In this document: one piece after another, positions 1 through 12,954 of the stretch
Position numbering within the stretch: the first letter of the stretch is position 1
Layout of the letters: every line of letters begins with the position of its first letter
Assembly (NCBI RefSeq): GCF_036971445.1
Contig: NC_091473.1
Span: 231,694,001 to 231,758,000, forward strand
Direction of reading: 5' to 3'
From: Narcine bancroftii
Lineage: Eukaryota
DNA: 64,000 nt
Notes under the pieces: generated by a model
What the model saw: only the letters and a program-made list of their open reading frames with translations
Database searches by the model: none
What the model was told of the DNA's origin: nothing
Program-made: the position numbers and the translations under genes

Positions 1-439
1 TCAGTTAACTGAGCACCAAATTATCATTCTGACCTGCTTCACCTTTGTTCACCAGTCCAACACAGATATTCAATTTTTTTAACCTTATCTTTAATTTTAA
101 ATCTTTTCTATATCAGGAAAGTTTAGTTGAAGAGAAATCATAAAAGCTTTACTACACTGTATAAATTGTTTATACATGCCCATTCATGTTCAAGGAGTGG
201 ACAGCAACATTTTCCTGAACGGGTCACAATATTGGTCCTTTAATATTTGTTCTCATGACTTTGGAGCTTTGGAATTTTCCTAAATAGCTGGGGCATGTAG
301 ATTTGGCCACCTAATCCAATAGCATTCAACCAAATGTGTTTTTTTTTTAAATACGTCGAATCAGTTTTTATTATTTACAATTAAAAAAATTTACTGTACT
401 GCCCTATTACACCAATTAAATGGTGGACAAAAGCTAGAA

Positions 440-546
440 CACTTTGAAGACACAGGGAGAACATACAAACTCCTTACAGAGAGCGCCGGATTCGAACCCA
501 GGTCACTTGCACTGTAATAACCTTGCACTAACTGCAACACTAACCA
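440..546 (-). mobile_element. tRNA-derived SINE fragment
   Basis: Reverse strand has a tRNA-like head with B-box GGTTCGAATCC, followed by 'tctgtaaggagtttgtatgttctccc'. The same family recurs at about 11.7, 20.4, 38.9, 47.3, 54.2 and 64 kb. Confidence 0.75.
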
Positions 547-845
547 TAAGGGCATTTCTTTTCAAAGCAATGTGCTACTTAAGGCAAAGTGCTATTAAAC
601 AACATATTGTCTTGTTTAAATAGCAGATTGCAGAATGCTGATGGTTAAGCCACCAAAATAGAAATACAGAGAGCTGCACTAATAATCTAAGATCCAAGTT
701 CAAATCCCACCATGTTTGTCAAAGAATTAAATATAGTTAGAATATTTTTTAAAAAAGAACAACTTTTAAAATGGTGCTCTTTCATTGAAAATTCATCTGA
801 TTCAATATCATGGCCACCTTAGGTGAAAATCTACCATTTTTACCT

Positions 846-1258
846 TGGGAAGATTTTTACCTTCCCAAGATCGTGTTATATGGCGAGCTCTCCACTGGCC
901 ACCGAGACAGAGGTGCACCAAAGAAAAGGTACAAGGACTGCCTAAAGAAATCTCTTGGTGCCTGCCACATTGACCACCGCCAGTGGGTTGATATCGCCTC
1001 AAACCGTGCATCTTGGTGCCTCACAGTTCGGCGGGCAGCAACCTCCTTTGAAGAAGACCACAGAGCCCACCTCACTGACAAAAGACAAAGGAGGAAAAAC
1101 CCAACACCCAACCCCAACCAACCAATTTTCCCTTGCAACCGCTGCAACCGTGTCTGCCTGTCCCGCATTGGACTTGTCAGCCACAAACGAGCCTGCAGCT
1201 GACGTGGACATTACCCCTCCATTAATCTTCGTCCGCAAAGCCAAGCCAAAGAGAAAGA
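846..1258 (+). mobile_element. RTE-clade LINE, 5'-truncated 3' end
   Basis: Encodes LPKIVLYGELSTG..RGAPKKRYKD..CNRCNRVCLSRIGLVSHKRACS and ends in a GAA/A-rich tail. 13-bp TSD accatttttacct at 833-845 and 1259-1271. Confidence 0.93.
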
Positions 1259-1479
1259 ACCATTTTTACCTAGTCTGTCCCAAGAATGTCAGAAACATGG
1301 TTGACTTTTAACTATGATCAGAAGGGGTCGAGCAAATTGCTTATTTGTACCATAAGCATTACATTAATGAACCACAGAGGTTCAAGAATGTACCTACTAC
1401 ATTCTCAAAGGTAATTTCAGATAGACAAAAGGTAGTAGCTGCTGCACCACAGAATATGAGTACATTGAAACATCGTTAT

Positions 1480-2180
1480 TAAGTCTCCATCATGATATGG
1501 TAGGAAAATAACAACCTTAGACTTAATGTGGACAAAACAAAGGACACGATCGTGCACTTTATGAGGATACGGAACAATCGCCCTCTGCTACCCTTTAATA
1601 ACTCGGTTGCTCAAACTCCACTTAACAAGTGACCTTTCCTAGCACACAACATCTGCTTACTTGTCACGAAGGTGCAATAGTGACTGCATTTCCGGAGAAG
1701 ACTGAAGTGGCAACATCATTTAAACTTTCTACAGGAGCCCTATCAAGAGTGTCCTGGCTGGTTGCACCACTGTGTGGTACAGTTGCTGTAGAGAAGTGGA
1801 TCAGAGGCCAATCTACAGGACTAAAGAGTAACAGAGAGGAACACTGAGGTCTTCTTCATCCCCACTGATGTGATCTAGCAGGTTCGTTGTCTGAAGAGGT
1901 TGCACAATATCATTGAGTGCCCGCTAACAACATCATTCTTCCCAAGAGCAGTATGAATGCTGAAAAACTATATGGACTGCTCATGCTAACCATTCACAGC
2001 TCTACTATTTATTAAACAATATTTATTTATTTTTGTCTCAGTATAATTTTCCTGTGTATGTATAGCTTGTCTGTATGCATGGTAGGTCTGGTTGTGTATT
2101 TGCATGTTTTGCACCAAGAACCAGGCAATGTTGTTTCAGCGAGTTGTACTTGTGCAATCAGATGATAAATCAACTTGAAC
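1480..2180 (+). mobile_element. Degraded Rex1/Babar-like LINE 3' portion
   Basis: 'cttaatgtggacaaaacaaagga' (LNVDKTKE-like RT end) and 'ttctacaggagcc..gagtgtcctggctggttgcacc'. The 3' UTR is shared with copies at 32.1, 33.1 and 58.5 kb. Confidence 0.7.
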
Positions 2181-3159
2181 CTGAAGTCCTTTTTTTCCTT
2201 CACGGGATAAAGAAAGGCAGGAATGGAATAGATAAAAAGAGTAATTTTGAAAGAGGGCTTAAACTAAGAAGATTTCTCAACATACTCAGTAATGTTGAGC
2301 ATTAAATTGTTTATTACTAATTGGTTAGTGTAGATGTGGAACAGAAGCAATTAATAAAGTTAAAAGGGTGTTCGTGTTCATGACCCTGTGGTGATTCAAG
2401 ATCAGCCAGCACCATTGAATTTACTTCTGACATGCACAATATATTCCATCTGGGATTTACTTCAACAGTAATTTCTGAATTTAGCCCCCAGTCAATTCCA
2501 TTGCATGTTTTATTCAGGACGCTCCACATGCTGAACCCTTCATTAGTCGTGCTCCTGCTCTGAATATTAAAACAAATCTTTAATTCTTGATCCTTTCCTC
2601 TCACCTATTTTTCATATAAATATCAATATTCCTGTTGATTTTACCCATAAACATTTCCGAAGCTCTCTTTACCATCAGATACAGAAATGTTTTCAATCAC
2701 TCTTGGGAGTTCCTTTCAAGCACATTTTTTTTTAACCTTGAAGTTATTCTCCTTGCTTTCAAAGGCCCCTAAAAATAGATATAAATTCCACTGAGCATCT
2801 CCTGCTCAGCAGTCCCAACTTTGGCAAAATCCTCATCTTCGCATGCAAATGATAAATGAGCCAGATTTTACCTTGAATTCAAGTTCAGTGAATGCTGCTA
2901 TAGAGGAGAATTGGCCCAGGAGATCCCAAATCGTGGACTGGCTCCACATTAGTCTACGTGCGCACAAGTCAGATTTATACACGAGGTGTGTTTCTTGGTG
3001 ACCTATCAAAATTCAGCCAAGCCCAAAAACTACAAACCTGGAACCATTCAGGCTAGCAAGGCTGAATTTTGTTAATGTTGCAAAGCAGGCCCATCTCCAT
3101 CCAACTCCAATTTTGCTCTGAATGGGAAGATAATGGTTAAGAAGATTCTGTTCAGTTCG

Positions 3160-3660
3160 GCAAGGATGTAGAAGCTATTGAGAGGGTACAGAGTAGATTT
3201 ACTAGGATTTTGCCTGGATTGGAAAATAAGGCTTATGAGGCAAGTTTAGCAAAGCTAGGACTTTTCTCTCAGGAACAAAGAAGAATGAGAGGTAACTTAA
3301 TAGATGTCCACAAGGTTTTGATAGGCATAGAGAAGGTAGATGACCAGTGCCTTTTTCCCAGTGTGGGAACAGCAAATATCAGAAGATATTTGTGCAAAAT
3401 GAAGAGAGGAAATGTTAAGGGAGGCATCAGGGGTAATTTTATTTTTACACAGATAGTTGTGGGTACCTGGAGTTAACTGCCAAGGGTGGTGGTAGAGGCT
3501 GAAACATTAGGGGCATTTAAGAGACTCTTAGATAGGCGTATCGAAGAAAGAAAAATAAAAGGTTACGAGGTAGGAATTTTTTTTTGTAGGAATATATAGG
3601 CTGGCATAACATCGAGGGCTGAAGGGCCTGTACTGTGCTGTAGAGTTCTAGGTTCTATGT
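3160..3660 (+). mobile_element. CR1 LINE 3' fragment
   Basis: ORF 3210-3476 (PGLENKAYEASLAKLGLFSQEQRRMRGNLIDVHK..) is a typical CR1 ORF2 C-terminus. 3' UTR 'gggctgaagggcctgtactgtgctgta' followed by a ttcta tail. Confidence 0.88.
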
Positions 3661-3811
3661 TTCGAAAGCACATGCAGAGTACCCATGCAAAACATTAAAA
3701 AAATATATCATTAATATACCAAAATATGATTGCATTAAAACGAGGGCAAAAGTCCCAAATCCTTCTGGTTGAGCCCATTACTTTTGGTTGCCTTAAGATA
3801 AAATAATGCTG

Positions 3812-4900
3812 CTTCTCACATAATGGATCAACATCTGCATAAAAATGAGATAATTTGAGTATGGGCATATGTATTCTATGTACCACCTTAAATTGTAATA
3901 AACAATGCCTTGCACAAAATGAAGAATCATTAATCAAACAAAGAGCAGAGTATCAATCTTCATCTGGAAATGTTATATTGAGATCACATTCCCATTCATT
4001 CTTAATAGCCAATAAATTATTATTAATACATGATATTAATCCACCATGGAAAACTCTAAATTTAAAAAAAGTGCATTAAAAGTATTTGAATTTGCGATTC
4101 GAGAAAAATCATGTGCAAGATGTTTGAAGCATCATTGATCTTATATGTTTTGGGAGTGTCCCAATTCAGGAAGATTTTGAGAAAATATTTTTCAATCTTT
4201 ATCAACGATTTTTAAGATCAAAATAGAACCATGCCATTTAATTGCCTTGTTTGGTTTTTTATCATGAACCGGATATGCTTGTGTCTGCATCTCAAGAGAA
4301 ATTTTGAGCTTTTAGCACGTTGATAGCCAGATGAACAATTTAAATGAAATGGATACATGATGTAATGTCATATATAAGCTTGGAGAAAATCAAATGCAAC
4401 ATTATAGATAGAAAGTTTCAATTTCAAAAGATGTGGGGCGCCCATTCATAGAATACTCATGATTGGTCATAATTTGGATGCTCTGGTGATTCTTTGCCTA
4501 ATTTCTGAATATACATTCAATACATATCTTTATGTTTTTTTTCTATAATGAGAAAATAATGGGGGGGGGCAGATTAGATTTAGTTTTAGATTTTCGGGTT
4601 TTTTTTATTCCGCTTTTTTTTTTAAGATTAATCGATTATATACAGGTTTAATTATGGTTTACCTGGATCATATTATCACATCAGACAGATATTACTCTGT
4701 GTTATGACCAAGGCTTGATATAATGTACCTCAATTGGTTTCTATCCAGATTCATTTTTAACAATGTTAAATCAACAAATATGGATGGATTTGAATTACAT
4801 TTATATTAATTTGTGACATGTATATGATATAACATGCCTCTTTGCTATATTAGTAGACTTCTTATGTCGGATTAATATGTTAAGCTCAATAAAAATATTT
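3812..4900 (+). mobile_element. L1-clade LINE 3' end with inverted 5' segment (3812-4112 minus; 4113-4900 plus)
   Basis: Minus part encodes INDSSFCARHCLLQFKVVHRIH..DVDPLCEK. Plus part resumes with CKMFEASLI(H)MFWECP..IALFG (one frameshift) and ends at AATAAA about 4888. Confidence 0.8.
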
Positions 4901-6726
4901 TAAATGAAGATCAAGTATACAATTCAGGTGTTTCCCCATATCTCCTATAAGTAGGAATGTTTCCAGATGCTTAGAATGAACATCCACCACCTTTCCCCAG
5001 CCCCATTGAAGCATTCCTGACAGTGGTAAATTATTGCTGCCAGTTTGCAGGGGTGTAATTTCAGGGATTTTCAAACCTGCGACTATAGCCACTCCCCCAA
5101 TGCTTCTCCTTGATCCAGAAAGAAAGCATGAACAGGACACCTGGAATCCAGCAGTTATATAATTGGTCTGGGCAACAAATATATATATATATATATTCCT
5201 TAAGTTCTGAATGTAGTGTTATTTGTGGTCAATGTAAGTTGATCACTCTGGAGATTGTGATCATTTCTAATGAGTGAAAACACGAGGCTCTTTAAACCAA
5301 AAATAAATACAATATGCAAGTCTAGTCTTGCTTTTTTATTCTTGGATCATTTTACAATTAGAAATGATTATAGTTAAAACTTATATATTAAGCCATAAGC
5401 CCAATTGGTTAGCTATGGCAGCTAGATGAAACAAAGCTAATTATTTTGCCACAGTGCCACCTGCAGCCTTAATATAAATGGAAGTCTCATTGCCCGTACA
5501 TTATAAATATTTGTCTTTATTTTGAAAAAGCTAAATTAATCAATATGGTCAAAAACAACAGAACAATTATACTCAACTGACACCTTTTCCATTGGCAAAA
5601 TGAAAGACATCATGAGATTACAGCTTGAGGAGGTGGAGATAGCGGGAGGGACATGGAAGGCTTGACCCTTTTTTTAAAGGAAATGTCATGTTTTCTGTAT
5701 AAGCTGAAGAAGAATGGATAAAATATCTAACTTATCAGCAAAAGCAGATTTCTTAAGAAACAAATTGAAAATGGCATGGAGTGAGATGTTACACAATAAT
5801 GCTCGTTCGGGAACAAAATCATCACACAGCTCTCTTAATAGTCTAATAGTAAATCAGACCAGATTTTTCTCTGCAACAACAATGAAGTAGTATGTGGCAT
5901 TCAGATGAAAAAAGCTCATATGTAAAAATGTTATAGCAATCATTAATTTCCTCTTCAGTAGTTCACATAAAAACAAATATTGCAATTGTCTTATTGCTAA
6001 ACATTCATTGTGAAGTTTTGAATTAAAAACATATTTTTATCTAAATGAAGAAATAATATTTAGGGATAATCTTTCCATTGCCTTGTGCTTAGAACTGTAA
6101 ATTTATTGTATTTTAATAAATGTTCACCTGCTTTCAATCTTATTGCTCGGAAGTCTTTATGTCCATAACTTCATATTTTGCATTTTATGAATGATTAATG
6201 GAGGTTGCCTGCTTTCCCTATACAAACACATCTTATCCACCTCCCCCATCACTTCCAAACACCGTCACAACCTTGTGCATCCCAAAGATCCGATGGGCCT
6301 TCAAAAGCTGAAGCATTACTTTGAGGACGAGCAAAGGAGTAATCCTTAGTGTCTTGCCCAGTGATTATCCTGAATTAATATTCTTTAAAAAAATGGTGAG
6401 AGCCTGCTGTGGCTTTCATAACGTGCTTCCTGAATTATAAAATTGACCAGTTGAAAAGTATTTTGTTAGCTCAGGGATGCTTTGGATTATACTGGGATCA
6501 TGAAGGGAGCTAAATAATTGCAAGTCCCTAGTTAGCCAGTATAGGGGACCAATGATCAAAATTCTAATTTACACTCAAACACTAAGTAAGTTGATTAGTC
6601 AGATGGAAATAAAATCCACAATTTTCTGACTTGCAACAACAAAGACGAAGTGCCATTACTAATGGTCTGAACAGCTATCTGGAACTTCACTTCCCCATGA
6701 CAATGATGCAGGAATATGTTTCTTAC

Positions 6727-6780
6727 CTCAGTCCCCACAAAGCAAAAGAAAACAATTTTCTATGAACTTTGACTGCTCAA
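6727..6780 (-). other. Candidate 54-nt non-coding exon
   Basis: Minus strand has acceptor ctcgttctcctctgcaatttag and donor GAG|gtaaga in unique DNA. All three frames contain a stop. Confidence 0.3.
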
Positions 6781-7728
6781 CTAAATTGCAGAGGAGAACG
6801 AGATTTTCACTTTATAGAGGAAATCTACTTTCAAAGTAAATGAAGTTACTGCAAAAGTATATAAAGTTATAGTACTTGCTGGAACTGTATGTGTATAAAT
6901 ATTACCCTGTAATTCAAAGCTAGCTAATATTTAATAACCATTTGGAAAAATGAAATACATTTTAAAAATTATATTTCATACTTTTATTGAAGGGAATGAA
7001 GAAACAATCATTCAATGAACTCAAACTATATCAGTTCAATGTGCTGTTTATCACTTGAATAATAAAAATGTATTCAGACTGTCATCCTATAATTTTGAAA
7101 GAGCAAAAAATTGCAATCCATTCTTTCACTGAAACTGCTTCTCTTTCCACAGTTGGTGTCAGCTGCTGAATGTTTCCAACATTTCCTCTTCTTAATCTGT
7201 CTTTTCACTCCCTTAGTTGACACACATATGAAAATATCATTGCAGTCGAGCATTCAGTAGTTCCATGAAGTATTAATGATTAACACACTAAAAAAAGATT
7301 CACATCGTGGTCTTGCAATCAATTTGCAATTTGTATTTCCTGAAGTATTGATTGTCATCAGAGTGAAACTTCTACATCGTGGTCTCGACAATCAATTTAC
7401 AATTTGTATTTCCACCAGAGCGATTAATGCACAATGTTTTGATTTGGTAGGGGAAAATCCAGCAAAGGATGTTTAGATCAAAGCAGGAATTAAGGCATTC
7501 AGAGATTATCTTTAGAAAAGTCTTTGAGCATAGCAGGTTTGCTTTGTCTTGATTTGATATTATCTATCAATCCATATGGAGACATGGGAAAATTTGACAT
7601 CAGAAAGTGGGTATATTGCTCAAATATTCCATGTCAGCCCATTTTGTAGGAATCCAGCAAGTCCTTGAAACCCTGCAAATTTATCTCCTCTGTAACTATG
7701 CAATTTCCCTATGTCATTTTAGTTCCCT

Positions 7729-7884
7729 TCAATGATGACCACCCTCGAAGGCAAGAGTTCCAAGTTAATGGTTCTCTTCATCAATGATGACCACCCTCGA
7801 AGGCAAGAGTTCCAAGTTAATGGTTCTCTTCGTCAATGATGACCACCCTCGAAGGCAAGAGTTCCAAGTTAATGGTTCTCTTCA
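7729..7884. repeat. Tandem repeat, 3 x 52 bp
   Basis: Unit tcaatgatgaccaccctcgaaggcaagagttccaagttaatggttctcttc(a/g) starts at 7729, 7781 and 7833. Confidence 0.97.
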
Positions 7885-7998
7885 TGTACAAATGATCTCC
7901 TTTCCGCTCCCACACCTATTTCCCAAGACTTTAAATCTGCTCTAGTCTTTGTGCAATCACTGAAATGGTCCACTTTCTTTTTCTAATTTACCTTAGCC

Positions 7999-8365
7999 CA
8001 GCGGTTCTCGACTTTTTTCTTTCCACTCACAGACCAATTTAAGTATTCACAGGTGCTCTGTGATTAGTAAGGGATTGCTTAAGGAAATATGTGAGTGGAC
8101 AAGAAAAGTTTGAAAACCACTGTTTTAATCATACCTAACTGACTCGTTATGTACACAGTTTCATAACTTCAAAGGAAATGGGCCAATTACAATTTTTCTC
8201 AAGCAAAATATTTCATTAACAATTGGGTCTAGAGCAGTGATTCTCAACCTTCCCTTCCTACTCATTTACCGCATTAATCAATCCCTTACTAATCACAAAG
8301 AACCGATGGCATAGGGATTACTTAAAGAGGTATGTGAGTGGAAAGAAAAAGGTTGAGAACCACTG
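7999..8365. mobile_element. hAT (Charlie-like) compound MITE
   Basis: TIRs cagcggttctc..gagaaccactg. Homologous, in opposite orientation, to 23546-23920. TSD degraded. Confidence 0.85.
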
Positions 8366-9559
8366 TCTTTGGCTGTCACAATCTTGTAAGCTTCTACCAA
8401 ATTTGCTCTTTATCTTCTTTGCTCCATTGGGAATTGTGTCAGCTCCTCTATCCTAGCCCTGCAGATCTCATCCCTGAAACAAAATTTCCTCTACATCACC
8501 TCAAGAACTTTCACTTCCATCCTAAAGTTTGGTTACCAGAACTGAACATAATGCTTTAGTTGCGCTGTAGCATCATGTGTTATTCTGTGTTATTTTGCTG
8601 TTTTTTTTAATATTCAATAATTTTTAGAATTTATGAAAAGGTCACATATGTTACATGAACTTTTATTTGAAGATATTCTATCACCTTCAAAGCCATGCAG
8701 ATAAACCACATTTTCTAATACCATCACGTGCTTTAGAGCAGTGCCATTAAATTAATAATTGTCTTTCTCCATCCCTTTTGACAAAATGCATCATCTTGTG
8801 CTTCTCTCTGTTCAGTTCCATCTGCCTTTTCCACATAGGACCACAAAATCCACCTGGAATGAACAATGAATTGATATAGGGCATTGATGAATAGTTTTGT
8901 CATGAAACATTCACTGACCATTTATTCCCATCGATGCTGTCTGACCTGTTGAGTGCCACCAGCATTTTTTTTATTTCCTCAAGGTTCTAACATCTAGCTT
9001 TGATGCTTCTCTTCTGAATAATGCATTTTCCAACTTCAGGTTACACAAACTCTCTTGTTTATTTCTCTCTCTTGATCCACCCAGATCATCTCGCTCACTC
9101 CTTTCCAACTCCAACTTTTAGCCAGTTTTTTTCCTCTCCCCCAGCTAATTTTATCTGCCCATCATCCACACCCAACACAAAGAGTCTCCTCTCTCCTTAT
9201 GGAATAGTTCCATCTGTCCTTCATTCCTTATCTAGTTACATTATCAGATTTCAGAAACTGCGGCCCTTGGTTGTCTCCACTTGTCCCCTCTCCTTCCCCC
9301 ATCTGACTTCATCTTCCCACTATCATCTCCCTCCACCATTGGTTCCACCATTTGACTGCCAGCTCCTTCCTCACTCCTTCCACTCACCTCTTTTTACTAG
9401 CTATCTTCCCTCCAAACTCTTGGTTCTGGTTCTGCCTAATTCGCTGAGTTCTTCTACCAGTTTGGTTTTAGCTCCAGGTTCCATTATCTGCAATTTTTTG
9501 TATCTCCATTTACTCCAACTCACTGCTTTCTGTTTTTATGCCAGGTTTTAAAAAAAAAT

Positions 9560-10500
9560 CTCAGCTGATCCTGACCTTCCTTCTCCACAACCTTCTCTTT
9601 TGTAAACCAGCCTCATGTGTGGTATTTTATGAAATTCATTATAATAATGAATTCATTACAGTTACTTTTCTGTTACATTCAGGTTCATCAGATGCAATCT
9701 CAATTTGCCAAATTCAGACGGGCTCTCCTCAATTCACTCAAATCCCTGTTATGTTCTTGTCACTTGCTTGTGGAATCTAAAACCGTAAATAAACCAAATA
9801 ACCTGAATTAACTTGGAATCATTTTACACCCATTTTGTGAGCAATGTCTTAATCCTCTGACTCCTTCCCCATGAAGAGGGAAGATTGGAACATTATGGCA
9901 ATTCATTTTCTTTAATACTGGAATGTAACAGAAATCTGCAAGTGGGCCCAGCCATTGTTGCATAGGATGCTAATCAATCCTTAGTCCAACCATTTATTTA
10001 ACATCTACTCATATTTTGCCAGCACCATCTTCTTTCATCAGGCATTAATGCATCCTATTCATTAAATCTTCTAATTTTGCCTTGTGCATCCAAACATGTA
10101 TCACCTTTTTTTGCCCTTCATTGGTTTAAACTCATGACTTTTATTACTCTTACTACCTATTTATTATTTGTGGATGGAGATTTTTAGGTTTCCCTTGCTA
10201 TTAGATATGTAAATTATCATTTCATTCTCATTCTCTCTGTTTAACTGGACAAATGTTCTTTTTTTCATTTTCTCTCACGTTACCATAATTCTCTCGGTTG
10301 TTGTCTGAAGGCCTTATCTGACGCGCATCATACCCCTATGAATTTTGTTTCACCACATTTTCTATCTCCTGCATCACCCAAGAAAAGATGAGGATGGTTT
10401 CCTAACTTTTCCCCTTGTGAAATGCAACTCACCTACACTTGAATCATCTCCTTAACTGATTACCCATTACTCTCTTACAATTTATGCCATCAATCTTGGG
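9560..10500 (-). mobile_element. Highly degraded CR1-like LINE
   Basis: Pyrimidine-rich decayed sequence resembling the reverse complement of CR1 ORF2 (compare 41.3-42.1 kb). No intact ORF. Confidence 0.4.
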
Positions 10501-10579
10501 TTCCATTTTACACCGGCAAACAAATGCTGCACATCAATAATAAAATGAGACATTATGAAATATGGTCATCACTAAGTAA

Positions 10580-10940
10580 GTAAAAACACAATGCTGGAGA
10601 AACTCAGCTGGTGAAACAGTGCAGCAAAGATACATAACTGACATTTCGGGCTTGAGTCCTTCATCAAGGTAAGGATAAAATGGGGCTGGTACCCAAATAA
10701 AATGGTGGGGGGAAGGGCAGGGGAGGGAGGTGCACAGTCCTAAAGGCAGGAGGAAATAGATGGACAAGGGAGAGAGGGCACACCGCAAGCAGGGAGAGGT
10801 GGGGGGGAATGGCTCTGTGAATGGAGAGAGAAGAGGGTGGAGAGCTGGAGGAAAGAAGGGAAAGGGAAGGGAGGAAGAATGGAGACTTGGCTAGCAGAAA
10901 CCAGAGAAGTCGATGTGAATCCCATCTGGTTGAGAGCACC
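10580..10940 (-). mobile_element. Penelope-like element 3' fragment
   Basis: Minus frame ends QPDGIHIDFSGFC (GIY-YIG C-terminus), followed by the family tail 'cagctgagtttctccagcattgtgtttt'. Confidence 0.75.
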
Positions 10941-11692
10941 TAAATAATTGTGACAATTGCCTCCTTGTTTCAAACAAGGTTCTGAAATAAGGCAAAATAA
11001 GCAATGAACTGTGTGATTTAAGGTGCAACTTCACCCAAGACACAACACTTGGGCTGGGACTTAATTTTAATATATTGGTTTGGATATGAAAGATTGAATT
11101 GTCTTTAAAATACATTTTTTTTTTAATACCAATCTCTAACTTCAAAATTACCTTCACAAAATTGAGTCCACCACATGTCAGATCTTGCAATCTATAGTAA
11201 TCACAATGGGGTCTTCGGTATCCACGAAGTTAAATCTCCACCCTTTTGTTAATTCAAGCATTTACAGTAGCATGTAACATGAATTAGATACCCAATAAAT
11301 GCATTTTTCCATCCAGTAATGCATCAAATTCAATATGAATTTACTCCCTCTTGCTTCAGTGTTACTCCAAGAGATTGAGTTAAAGGTTTAACAAACTCAT
11401 TCAGCTTCAAGCATTACAATCATGTGAGACCAATCTTTCACCTAAGTGGCCTGAGCTAGATTATCGTGTGAAGGATAGTCTGAAATTCCAATGTGCTAAT
11501 CTATTTTGACTTCAATTTCTACCTTGATATTTCAAACACCCTTATCTAAATAATTCTTACTATGTGTTTGGAAGACATTTATTTTCCATAAACTGGAATA
11601 ATCTACCAATGCTCTGTTGCGGAATAGAATACTTATCAGAAAAAAATAGAATACTGAAAAGATTAACAAAATTAACCATAATCATTTCAGAT

Positions 11693-11932
11693 GGGCAGCA
11701 CAGTTGGCGAAGCAGTTAGCCCACAAGTTTGTATCGTCCAATTTACACCCCATTAACCTACACCTCCGGTATGTTTTGAATGGAGGGAGGAAACTAGAGC
11801 CCCTGGACAAAACCCACACAGACACAGGGAGAACATACAAACTCCTTACAGACATCATGGGATTTGAATCGTAGTCTGGTCCTGATCGCTGGCACTGTAA
11901 AGGCATTGCGCTAACTGTTATACCATCTGGCT
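11693..11932 (-). mobile_element. tRNA-derived SINE
   Basis: Near full-length copy of the family at 440-546. Confidence 0.8.
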
Positions 11933-12244
11933 GCTGATGTCAAAACTTTTGTTGATTTGCCTGATGGTCGAAATAAGTAGAATGCTGTTTACAGTTTTCA
12001 TACTAGAAATAGCACAAAATTCAACAACATGCACAATGGTGTGAGGATGTTAAGCAAACAAAGAGATGCCGGAGCGACTCAGTGGTCAGGCAGGATCCAT
12101 GGAGGAAAAGGGACAGTCAGTGTTTTGGGATTGGACCCTCTTCAGTTACAAAGTTGGCGGTGGAGATAGGAAGCATGAAAAGGAGAGAGGAAGTGCTAAG
12201 GAGGAGTCCAGAGGTAATCACATGCAGGACAAATGAAGATGGCT

Positions 12245-12900
12245 ACGTGCCAGATATTTGTCATCGCAATTTAAACTAGTAACCGAGCTTACTTTTCCAA
12301 AGTTCAACTGGCTAAATTTTATTCTAATTTCTCATCAAAATGCGACAGATGTAAGACTGAAGAAGGTACATTATTTCATATGTTTTGGTAATGTTCCTTG
12401 GTTTCCAATTATTGGGAAAATATCTTCCATGCCTTGTCTTTGGTTCTTAATATTAATTTGGCTTCTAATCCTTTTTTCCCCTAATTAAAATAAGTAAGTC
12501 AGCTGATTTAAATTTGTCTGGGCTACCCTCTTATTCCCAGAAGAGCTATACTTATGAGATGGAAGGATGCTGTCCCTCCTCCACATTCTCAATGGTTATC
12601 CGATATGATGGCATGCTTGACTCTGGAAAAAATTAGATGCTCTACTAATGTAATGAACCTTAATTTTCTAAATTTATGGGGTCCTTTCCTTAATTATTTT
12701 CAGAATTTATAAGATTATTGGATTCCATTTTACGGCTTAATTGTGCTTTCTTTTATGTATTAATGGAACATATATGTTTGATCATAACTTCATAAGGGAA
12801 GGGTTAGATTATTAGAATATTTTTGTTTTATATACATTGGTTTTTTTCTCTTTCCTAAGTTGTCTAGAGCTATTTGTAAATATATGTTTACTTTGCTTGA
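12245..12900 (+). mobile_element. L1-clade LINE 3' fragment, not inverted
   Basis: Translates to SQFKLV..KVQLAKFYSNFSSKCDRCKTEEGTLFHMFW*C..YWENIF, which contains the CCHC zinc knuckle. Confidence 0.75.
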
Positions 12901-12954
12901 TATATATTCTTGTTAGTCCCTATGTATGAGCATATACATATACATACATACATA

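Noticed and set aside
440-546. tRNA gene
   Set aside because: The A/B boxes belong to a multi-copy SINE head and no full cloverleaf can be formed.
7729-7884. CRISPR-like array
   Set aside because: The units are contiguous with no unique spacers, the context is eukaryotic, and there are no cas genes.
9021-9551. 176-aa ORF
   Set aside because: Low-complexity S/P/L translation of a pyrimidine-rich Penelope-type tail. No recognisable domain.
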